NCBI GenBank assembly: GCA_000708835.1
Contig: DF237398.1
Span: 12,188 to 76,187, forward strand
DNA: 64,000 nt
Reading direction: 5' to 3'
Source of the DNA: Klebsormidium nitens
Lineage: Eukaryota > Plantae > Klebsormidiophyceae
A model generated the notes under the pieces. It saw only the letters and a list, made by a program, of their open reading frames with translations. It made no database searches and was not told the origin of the DNA. The position numbers and the translations under genes are program-made. This document shows, one piece after another, positions 47,801 through 56,470 of this stretch (position 1 is its first letter; each line of letters starts with the position of its first letter).

Positions 47801-49234
47801 AAGACGCACTCTGAACGCTTTTCAAGGTCTTATTCTGAGATCATACCCCGGTTGCCTGACCCTCAACCACGTTCGACGCTCTTCTCCGCAGACGCACAAG
47901 GAGTACCTGCAGACGCTACCCGTGGTCGACCGTCCGGAAGCGTTCGGACAGCACCCGAACGCGGACATCAGCTTCCAGATCAACGACTCGCGCGTCGTCC
48001 TGGAGAGCATCGTCAGCCTGCAGCCGCGCGCGAGCAGCGCCGCGGGCGGTCTCAGGCGGGAGGACATTGTCATGGCCATTGCAACAGATCTGCTGTCACA
48101 GGTCCGTTTTCAATTCTTCATAAAGGTTGCCGGGCCTTCAGGAAGACTCAAGTGATGCTTTTGAGCTGACGGCAAAACGAACGGATTGAGATTCTTGTTT
48201 AAACGCTAGGTTGAGGGACAGTGGAAGAGCTGCAGATGATTGGGGCGACAGGCTGGGGCGGTCGTATCGGTGCGAAGAATGCTCGTAGCTGAGTCCACCA
48301 GCTTGCCCCTGCAAATAAACTGCCTCTTCTAGCTGGCAAACGCAGAATATGTTGAAGAGCAGGCACGAATCATAGTTTCTTCGATCCTTTTATCCTTTCT
48401 ACACCTCAGGAAATGCCCATAACCGCCTTTCCTCTGCGCGTGCAGGTCCCGGAGCCCATGAACCTGGAAGACGTCCAGAAGTTCAAGAAGGACGACCCCT
48501 CCGCCCTCCACGTGGTTCTCTTCCAAGAGATCGAGCGTTACAACGCCCTTCTACGTAACGTGCGCGCGAGCTGCGCCAACCTGCAAAAGGGGATCAAGGG
48601 TCTGGTCGTCATGTCCTCCGATTTGGACGACATTTTCGCAGCGCTCTTCGACGCGAAGGTGCCGCCTGCGTGGCTCAAGTGCTATCCCTCGCTTAAGCCC
48701 CTCGGCCCCTGGACGCGCGACCTGGTCGCGCGCGTCGGCACGCTGCGCGCGTGGGCTGAGGGCACGTACCCCAACGTCTACTGGCTGTCCGGCTTTACGT
48801 ACCCGACCGGGTTCCTAACCGCGGTTCTGCAGACCACCGCGCGGCGCAACGCGATCCCGATCGACACGCTGGGGTGGGAGTTCTCGGTCGTCGCGCGGCA
48901 CGAGAAGGAGATCACCGAGCCGCCCAAGGAGGGCGTTTACATCAAGGGCATGTACCTGGAAGGCGCGGGGTGGGACTACGACAGCAACTGCCTGTGTGAA
49001 CCGGAGCCTATGGAGCTGATCGTACCCATGCCGATCATGCACTTCAAGCCGGTGGAGAATAAGCGCAAGACGGCCAAGGGAGTGTACGCGTGCCCGCTGT
49101 ACATGTACCCGCTGCGGACGGGCACGCGCGAGCGTCCGAGTTATATGATCAGCGTGGATCTGCGGGCCGGGACAGTAGACGCGGATCATTGGATCAAAAG
49201 GGGGACGGCGCTGTTGCTGTCGCTCGCAACGTAG
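11856..49234 (+). CDS. DHC10: Axonemal inner-arm dynein I1/f beta heavy chain (DHC10 / DNAH2 type), complete, 59 exons
   Basis: Hand-assembled exons: 11856-12230, 12503-12616, 13201-13347, 13646-13765, 14463-14738, 15183-15650, 16132-16389, 16696-16941, 17286-17432, 17766-17888, 18209-18298, 18815-19018, 19468-19605, 20028-20336, 20732-20886, 21249-21428, 21938-22148, 22636-22893, 23232-23494, 23876-24044, 24767-24970, 25501-25777, 26138-26319, 26707-27003, 27391-27540, 27871-28020, 28426-28502, 28759-28872, 29084-29207, 29558-29818, 30223-30375, 30787-30993, 31487-31882, 32301-32474, 32765-33042, 33454-33988, 34517-34801, 35128-35616, 35974-36156, 36605-36831, 37186-37395, 38091-38313, 38708-38809, 39224-39427, 39933-40169, 40573-40863, 41399-41572, 42064-42264, 42634-42858, 43232-43366, 43732-43983, 44374-44669, 44986-45049, 45427-45647, 45968-46199, 46662-46886, 47304-47537, 47892-48101, 48446-49234. 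Sum 13,539 nt, divisible by 3. P-loops GPAGTGKT (AAA1), GKTGSGKS (AAA2), GNVGVGKT (AAA3), GVGGSGRK (AAA4); stalk/MTBD segment; C-terminus [16 protein letters not shown] is DNAH2/DHC10-like. Confidence 0.95.
14317..14386 (+). repeat. Degenerate intronic copy of the exon-5 acceptor and exon start (echo E1)
   Basis: CGCAG|GGCAATCTCTCAGTTGTGGGCATCCTTAAGCAAGC... versus the real TGCAG|GGCGTTCTCTCGATCGTGGGCATCCTCGAGCAAGC at 14458+. The copy carries an in-frame TAA. Confidence 0.8.
19152..19197 (+). repeat. Intronic copy of the exon-12 3' end and donor (echo E2)
   Basis: GTCTACGAGAGCGGCGACTCTGAGGCCAAGCAG|GTGCGCGCGCG versus the real GTCTACGAGAGCGGCGAGTTCGAGGCCAAGCAG|GTGCGCGCGCG at 18986+; 3 mismatches in about 44 nt. 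Confidence 0.92.
22222..22309 (+). repeat. Degenerate intronic copy of the exon-17 3' end and donor (echo E3)
   Basis: ...AGCCGCTGCAGGACAAGTAAAAAACGCTGGAAAAGTCCGAAGCGGGTTAG versus the real ...AGCCGCTGCAGGACAAATACAAGACGCTCGAAAAGTTCGAGGTGGGTTAG ending at 22157. Donor GT has become GC and there is an in-frame TAA. Confidence 0.88.
24497..24699 (+). repeat. Two intronic copies of the exon-21 acceptor and exon start (echo E4a/b)
   Basis: GCAG|GTGACGGAGCTGCGTCTGGACATG... (AG at 24508) and CCAG|GTGACAGGGTTGCGGCTGGACATGCAC... (AG at 24629) precede the real GCAG|GTGACGGAGCTGCGGCTGGACATGCACG (AG at 24766). Confidence 0.92.
26322..26340. repeat. (GC)n run directly after a splice donor
   Basis: CAG|GTGCGCGCGCGCGCGCGCGCG at the start of intron 23. 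Confidence 0.9.
28021..28425 (+). other. Non-canonical GC-AG intron (dynein intron 26)
   Basis: Exon ends ATCATCAAGCAG|GCGAGT. Joining to CGCAG|GTCTTGTCGGTG gives the conserved [32 protein letters not shown], and no GT donor is available at that position. Confidence 0.85.
34360..34419 (+). repeat. Near-identical intronic copy of the exon-37 acceptor and exon start (echo E5)
   Basis: 34375-34419 matches 34517-34561 at 44 of 45 nt; each copy is preceded by a pyrimidine tract and GCAG. Confidence 0.95.
37775..37943 (+). repeat. Two intronic copies of the exon-42 acceptor and exon start (echo E6a/b)
   Basis: CCAG|GTACTGCCAGCTGCTGAAGGAGAAGAACGCGG... (AG at 37785) and CCAG|GTATCTCCAGCTGCTGAAGAAGAAGAACGCGG (AG at 37900) versus the real CCAG|GTATCGGCAGCTGCTGAAGGAGAAGAATGCGG (AG at 38090). 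Confidence 0.92.
39546..39584 (+). repeat. Degenerate intronic copy of the exon-44 3' end (echo E7)
   Basis: GAGAGCTGCTCAAACACAGCAAGGACCAGCTGTTGAGGA versus the real GAGAAGCTGCTCAAGTACGACAAGGACCAGCTG|GTAGGA; the donor is destroyed in the copy. Confidence 0.75.
40994..41029 (+). repeat. Intronic copy of the exon-46 3' end and donor (echo E8)
   Basis: GAGCTGGTTGAAGCGGACGTGGCTGGACCAG|GTGGG versus the real GAGCTGGTCAAGCGGACGTGGCTGGACCAG|GTGGG (donor at 40864). A weaker third trace lies near 41121-41145. Confidence 0.9.
41829..42000 (+). repeat. Two intronic copies of the exon-48 acceptor and start, the second expanded into (GCCAA)6 (echo E9a/b)
   Basis: CCAG|GAGCCCAGCCAACAAGTGGATCGAAGAGCACGGAG and AAACCCCTCTTTTCCGCAG|G(GCCAA)6GTGAG (41966-41995) versus the real AAACCCTTCTCTTCCGCAG|GGGCAAGCCAACAAGTGGGTGAAGAGCATGGAG. 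Confidence 0.88.
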
Positions 49235-51477
49235 GAAACCTGTACACTAATAGATGAAGTACCTAACGAAGATTTCGGAGTCATTATAAAATGTCGGGGC
49301 ACACATGGGCGTCTCTTGATGTAATCCAGAGAAGAGGTACATGCTGGACACGTGCTTAATTAGAAAAGGAGTTAAGTTATAGATAGATGTTGACACTTTT
49401 GAAGTGCTCCTATAAGTGTGTTTCTTGCCCGGCCGTTGCGAGTTGCAGACATGACAAGGTCGGATGGAAAAACACGGAGAATAGAATCTTTCGAAAAGTC
49501 GGCGTTGTATCTTAGGACGGCGCTTTCAGACGCAACCTAAGAAGTGTCGAAACGATCCTCAAAATGCCTCTCTGAATCATGCATTAGGTACATGATTGAA
49601 TTGTTTTGTGTTCTTCTCGAAAGCTGGAAGTTGATGCAGGGATTAAGTGGATGAAGAAGAGCAAGACGCAATCTGCTGGTTGACGCATTTAAGAGGCGCG
49701 TCCAAACAGTACGGCCAACTCAATCGCAATTGGATGGCAGGCATGTCCATTTTTCGAAAATAGCATAGCGCTGGCCCTAAAACTTTAAACTTGTTGTATG
49801 CAAGCGCACTAATTACCAGCCCAGTTGTGCTACTTATCTTCTGTCCTAATCTGAGTGTTCTGTATGTTGTCGAGGACTTTCACATCGCTCATCGATCCAA
49901 TTATCCTCACAGCCGGAGCCCCATATCAAAATACCAATCGACTGACTGTTTTGCTGCATGTGGCCATTCCGCGTGCGTGAAACCTTTGGCAGTGCAGTAC
50001 TGCACATACTCCAAGCTGCGCATAATATTTGAGCAATTTCGGCATTAGAAAGCTCCGTTTCGACTCGAGAGCATGAGCTTACTCCGAGCTGGCTCTTTGA
50101 CTAGCAACTTTGACAAGGTTCATGGCAATATCACTTCGCAACTTAAAGGCCGCGTACGAAGTACGCGTCCTCGCTAGATCTAAAAAGCATCGAAAGAAGA
50201 GAATTGTACTGCAAGAGACTCGGGCTGAAATGTCAAAGGGCAGCATACGAAGAGGTGTCAGATACGGCAGGTGCGGGCGGCCGCGGCTGCCTGCTCCATG
50301 CCTCAGTGTTTAGCTATGAAGCTTAGCTGACGCGTCGTATGCAATTTCAAAGACTCTGTGCGGTCTCACCCGAGTGCGTGTCTTCTAAATCGAGGACTGC
50401 TGCCGTTCCCTTTATGAGGGCTTGTGTCACCTGTGAATGTTAATATTTAGCCTGCTGCATCATGTTCGACCGCTTCGATGGAACTGCAGGAAGCCACAGC
50501 TCCCAATCGACGTGCTAGTCGACGAGTAATCGGACGAGACTCATTCTGCCGACGTTAAAATAATCCTAATGCAGATCGCTGATCAGCGGCAACCACGCAC
50601 CCCAACCTGAAGCATTTCGAGTGACAAGCCCCCTAGCCCCCAGATACGGAAGAGTAACCGACGACGACTCAGCATCTCCGGAATTCTCGGAACTCTCGCT
50701 TGTCGTATTGATCATAAAATATGATTCGTGTATCATGCCGCCTCGCTTCGAGCGAACACGCTGACGTGGTCATATACGCCAAAGAAAGCATACACTTGGC
50801 TTTCTCAGCAGCAAGGTCAAAAGTCATCTTCTGAAACCTTCAAGCCTATTGTAAGTTCACTACTCTTGCAGTAGCCCTGGAGGACTTCGCACAGACTTTG
50901 CATGACCTCTTCCGATGGGCATCCTCCCCAATTAATGTGTCCTAGGCCAGTCGATCAGACAAGCCAGCATGAAGGCATAACCTCGTCCCCTCGTTTTTCC
51001 CCCCATGTATGACGCGCAGCTCAGACAGATCCTTCATCTAAGACGCTCCACTTCCCTGTCCGGGGAATGAAACGGGGGTTTTGTGGAGAAGCTGAGTGAA
51101 AGGTAGCCTTGGCATCGGTCGAAGGATCATCGCTAGAAGCTTTGAAAAGGCAGCGCGTACGTTATTTTCAGAGAACTAAAGTTGCCTCCTTTCGAGACCC
51201 CACCAAAGCTCTGAGCTCCCAAGCGCCCTCCGAGATCAACGATCTCCGCGGGGGGGAATGTAAGACGAGAGGGCAGGAACTACCTTGAAGCTGCTCTGGA
51301 GATGCTTCAGTGATGAGCTCATGTATCTTTCAGAAAAGACCAGCTGGTTGCGACTGCGAAGGCGGTCCTTTATCTTGGCTGTTAAGCGATCAGCTCTGAA
51401 GCTTTGACAGAGCTTCCGCCAGGACGAAAAGCTCGCTTAAGTTAACAAATGGTCGCATTAGCATGCTTCCACGCTTA

Positions 51478-51583
51478 GCAAGCTTTGCGCATATAGTCAG
51501 CCCAGGGTCGTCAGACCGTGCTTCTTTTTAGCAAGCTTTGCGCATACAGTCAGCCCAGGGTCTTCAAACCGTGCTTCTTGGAG
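51478..51583. repeat. 53-bp tandem duplication upstream of the kinase gene
   Basis: GCAAGCTTTGCGCATATAGTCAGCCCAGGGTCGTCAGACCGTGCTTCTT... at 51478 and GCAAGCTTTGCGCATACAGTCAGCCCAGGGTCTTCAAACCGTGCTTCTT... at 51531. Confidence 0.92.
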
Positions 51584-51804
51584 CACGGCTACTCGCTTCA
51601 AAGGATGAATCAGAGCGGCTTGAACAGCTTCAGCATCTTTTACAACGAAAAACAAGGCCTTAATTAGAAAGGGAAGGTTTCCGTCTTCAAGGACCGAAGT
51701 TTAGATGTCAAGCTCAAAAGCAGCTTTTCAGGCTTTTTATCTGTCAGTCTGGAGGCGTCCTAAAACCGCGAAATTGAGCAGTTCGTGCTTTCAAACATCT
51801 TACG

Positions 51805-54800
51805 ATGGGGACTTCTCAGAATGTGAAATCTGATGGCCGCTCTCATCATCCAGCCCAGGATCCTTCTCGGCAAAGATCCAATTTGAAGCAGTCGATCTTC
51901 AAACATCTCTTCGGCATCCGAGGTGGCAGCAGAACAAGGGCAATCAAGCAACGACCCGCTGCTGCAACAGAGGCCCAAAATGAGGAGGTGAGTCAGACCT
52001 TAGGTGTCGGCAGCGCCAAAATAGAGAGGTTTTATTTGCTGAGAGAGGCTGAGAATGCTCAGAAAGTTCGTTCGTAAAGACATGTCTTACCGATCAAGCA
52101 GGGAGTGAATGATCAGGTCCTTAACCAGCCATTGATCAGGTGCTTGGACTCGTACGAGATCAGAAAGTTCTGAACCACGTGGCTTCAATGTATTCGCAGG
52201 TGTGTTTTAAGAACTGCAACTTGGACAAAGACTTTGGTAAGTGCTCGGCCTCTATACAATCTTCGGAAGCCTATCTGAGAGGAGATATCGGCTTCTTGGC
52301 ACTCCCCTTGCAAACCCATCTTCAGATAAACCCCAAAGCCTTCTGTGCATGATTGCCTCCACACTCAGAGTGAAGGTACTCTTCCATGTTGATTGGGTGG
52401 AAAGGAGACTGCCTTTGCTGGCTCACATTGCAGATGTAGGACCTGTCATCGGAACTGGTTCATACGGGAGGGTCTATATCGCACGTCATTGCCGCTCGGG
52501 TAGAGTATGCGCCATCAAGACCATGAGCAAAGTGAGCGTCTCTGTCCCTGTGACTGCGGTGAGCGTGTACACAACTTCACAGGATAGACCAGAGGTTTGA
52601 AAGACTTGAAAGGGAGCAATAACTAAGCCAGCTTAGACTAATTCGATATCCAATCGAAGAACCTACCTTGTGCAGCTGCTTGCTTCCTCAGTCTGCTGCC
52701 AATCCTGCTGTCAGATTTAACGACGTGGACCACTTTGTCGTTTTGCAGGCGGGAATCATCAAGACAAACCAAACGCACCACGTCAAATGTGAAATGCAAG
52801 TGATGAAGAAGTGTAAGCCCTTACCTTCAACGTTGATGCTAGTCTCGCTGCTGATGTTTTCTTCGCACCGACGTTCTGCAAAAGCTTGTGAGATCCATGA
52901 CTTTTGAAGTTCTAACAGGTCTCAAAGACGTTCCTTATTGTTTGTTAACATTGCGGAGCTTTTTCCATATCCGTTCTGGTCTGGAAATTGCTCCTCAAAG
53001 GGCGGCTATTGATTTGATCAATCCGAACCAAAGTCTTTTTCAGCTCTTTGAGCCGTCCGACAGCTAATAGCTATACTGTTTTGAGCTTCCACCAAGCCTT
53101 TCTGAGGGAGGGAATCGACTTGTTTCCGTGCAACACTTATTTGGTGTTGCCGTCACCAAAGCAACGGCTGGTGACGTTTGATTGGCTCTTTCTCCTTGTT
53201 CGTGCAGTCTCGCATCATCCGAATATCGCAAGACTGCTCGGGATCTGCCAGGACAACAGCTCTCTGTCTTTCATAATGGAGTACGTCCCTGGTGGAGAGA
53301 TCTTCACTCACCTGCGGACCTGCGGAAAGTTCTCCGAAGAGACCTGCAAGTTCTACGTCGCGGAGCTAACGCTCGTATTCGAGTACCTCCATGCACGGGG
53401 TGTGGTATACAGGGATCTGAAGGTAGGCTGGCTCAATCCACTGAATCTTGCCTGGAACCTTATCTCATGTGCGGAGCGTAAATATTTCAGTCGGGAGTCC
53501 ATGAATGAATCACGAGTAAGCATTAGTCGTGCTTCACAGGAACCAACATCTGGATTTTATCTAAAATTGCGGGCGCCAGGTGATTAAGCATATCCATCTG
53601 CGTTTCGACTAAAGTTGAATACTCGGCTCTTTCGTTAGCTCCATGTGATCAAAAGTTCTCTTTCGTTTCCTGCAGCCAGAGAACCTGCTGCTCGACGGTG
53701 GCGGACACATCAAGCTGACCGACTTCGGCTTTGCCAAAGAACTCAATGGACGGAGCGCGAGCACACTCTGTGGTAAGCATGATCTGCGATGTGACACATT
53801 CGAACGTTAGCCTCCAGCCAAGGAAGTAGTCGTCACAAAATGAAATGGCCTGCTTAGTCGGTCCATACTTCCTGCAACTTTCTCCGGCTCCTGACGAGTT
53901 GTAATCGGAATCCGTCTCGCAGGCACCCCGGAATACCTGGCACCCGAGATCATACTGCAAGCCGGACACGGAACAGAGGTTGACTGGTGAGCTGGGTACA
54001 AGACCCGCAGGACACCCCCGCTTTTGGTTGGACAGTGTCTGCCTTTATTTCCAAAATGGTGGCTGCCTTCATCTAGTTCGGATTGGTGTATTACTCCTAT
54101 CAATGTCGCTGACATATCATGCGGTCATAGTATCGATATTGAGATAGTCCACAAGCATATCAGAAAGCTTTCACCGTTTCTCTTTGCAGGTGGGCCCTCG
54201 GAGTCCTCTGCTTTGAAATGCTCGCGGGTTACTCCCCTTTCTACGACAAAGGTAGAAGCCTGATCGTTGCAATGCACTTCTTTGCAGCAAAGGAGAAGCA
54301 CTTCTTTCAGCAGATTGCACTTTTGTCCTTCTCATCTCTGCAAGACATTCAAAACTTTCAAGATCAACCTTTCAGCTTTCTTTCCGCAACGCAGATATTC
54401 TCGGGCTTTATCAGAAGATCGTGACGAGCAGCTTCAGGTTCCCGTGCGACTTCTCTCCCGAGTGAGTCTGCTGCTCACTAGTTCCACTTGTAGTTCTATA
54501 AGCCTTCACATTGTTGCAATACTCAACGGTTCGGTCGCTGTTGACTGCGAGGACTTGCTTGTCAAGACAGCTCACAATCAGCGCGTCCGCTACTTGATCA
54601 TTGTGCCAATTCCGCTGCTGCGAGTGGATCTTAATTCGGACGGGAATTTGGTGACGGAAAGGTTTTGCTTACTTCTCAAATGTGGCAACTCACCGGTTTA
54701 CTAACCTTGCGTTAGATAAGATGGTCGTTTCTTCTTTCTGTCCAGGTCCAGCGAGTTCATCCGGGCGCTTCTCGAACCAGACCGTCGGAAGCGGTGAGTT

Positions 54801-55414
54801 TCGGCATCGGTGTTGAGAAGTTTCAGTACGGCAAGCTCTGAAGGACACCAGACGGCTTTGTCGTCTGGCGCAACAAATATTTCTTCCACCATAAGTCGTG
54901 AAGTCTGTTAATCAGAACTGACAACTGGTCGTTCTATTTCCTTTCAGCCTTGGATGTGGGATACACGGCATCAAGAACTTGAAGCGGCATCCTTGGTTCA
55001 GCGACCTGGATTGGAGGGCCGTCGAGAGACGCGAGGTGCTCTGTCCTATCAGGCCAGAGATCAAGGTAGCCGCCGCGCAAACCGCCACCAATCTTTCAAT
55101 CATTCTCTTCCCCAGACTTCGATTGTGCTGCACACGGCACGACACGACTGCAAGATAAACTCCTGTCCGGAAAGGTCCTGACAAAGTCAGGGAGAATCTA
55201 CTCTACTCTAACTTTTAAGCTGTCGGCATCTTCTTGGAAAGCAGATCTTATAAGTTTCTGCCTTCCGTCTGCTTTGGACACAAAAGTAACCGTCCGCTTC
55301 CTTTTGCAGGGGCACGATGACACTAGTAACTTCGATGACTACAGCCACCTGGGCCCGCTGAACCACCCGTTCCCGCTCACCATTCGGGACCAGACTGTCT
55401 TCCAGGATTTCTGA
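51805..55414 (+). CDS. cAMP-dependent protein kinase catalytic subunit-like AGC kinase (PKA-C/PRKX type)
   Basis: Exons 51805-51987, 52200-52236, 52434-52531, 52749-52812, 53208-53422, 53676-53772, 53923-53986, 54190-54251, 54395-54471, 54746-54793, 54948-55065, 55310-55414 are phase-consistent. Motifs IGTGSYGRV, AIK, MEYVPGGEIFTHL, YRDLKPEN, TDFGFAK, TLCGTPEYLAPE, DWWALGVLCFEMLAGYSPF, HPWF, DTSNFDDY and terminal FQDF-stop (PKA-type FxxF end). The start codon is tentative. Confidence 0.88.
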
Positions 55415-56470
55415 TCAGAAGAGTCAATACGCAGAGATGACATCTCAAGCCGGGAAATCGAAAGGCTGGCAATCAACTCGTGCTTCAGCTTAGAAGATGT
55501 CAAAGACAAGCATCTTCTCTTTGTCATTGGCTTGTTTGTGGCTGCGGCTTTTGATGTATCATCTTGCGGCCAACACGCGCTTCTTGAATCACTATGGAAT
55601 GAATGGATACCAAACGTGGCAAAGCAGTCGTCACACTTCACCTCCTTGATACGAGAGACGTGAGCCTGCTCTCCAGTGTGCTCGAGTGGGGTGCACAATA
55701 TGCAATGCATGTAACTGCATGGCAAAATTGATAACGGCATGCACTCAGTGCTTTCTGATTATGTCGCGATCCACATTTCCATGTACTCATAGGTGCAGTC
55801 ATGGTCGACAACAAAGGTTAATCACAGTACCACGGACAGTTCAGAAGCACGAACTTTATCAATGATAAAAATTTCAGATTGCAGACGCCTCTAAGAAAAC
55901 CGTTGACTTTACATGCGAACACTTTGCTTTCGCTTCGGGTAAGGTTGTACAATTGCACATGATATGCGCATGTACGGGTCTGTGTAGGACCCTTGTAGCA
56001 CATGTAAGCGAATTTGTGAATTCCCTGTTGCCCTGTTGCTCAACTAGGACGCATGATATATTCATGCCTATCAGTACCTTTGCATACTCAAGTCATAGAG
56101 ACGAACTTGGCAGTAAGCTTGACGCGGCAAAAGGACCAGGTCATAGGAACATTGCAATAGTGCTTGCAAAACGTGATCATCTTTGGAATGCAATCACCTG
56201 ATTGCAAGCTGCACAAGCAGCTCAACCTAAAGCTTCCTTCAACTGCTCGTTCCGTCGAGTCCCTAGTTGTCAAACCTTTTCAACATGTTTTACGACCAAT
56301 ACGAACAGACGCACAGCCAGAGTCCTTGTCAAAGTAACTCATTGTATCAGCAGCATGTTCCTCTTGCAAAACTGCAGCACGCACTAGGACCTGGCTCATA
56401 AGATTGCCAGCCCCCCGGCAGACACGTTGCTTAACCTCAGTGCTATCTAGACCTACCTACTTCTACCCCC

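Noticed and set aside
14942-48189. Long antisense ORFs overlapping dynein exons (e.g. 14942-15703, 33433-34035, 44158-44742)
   Set aside because: Expected by-product of very high GC3 codon usage, which depletes stops on the opposite strand.
49235-51804. Short ORFs and possible extra 5' exons between dynein and the kinase
   Set aside because: No phase-consistent coding model or recognisable motif; may contain untranslated exons only.
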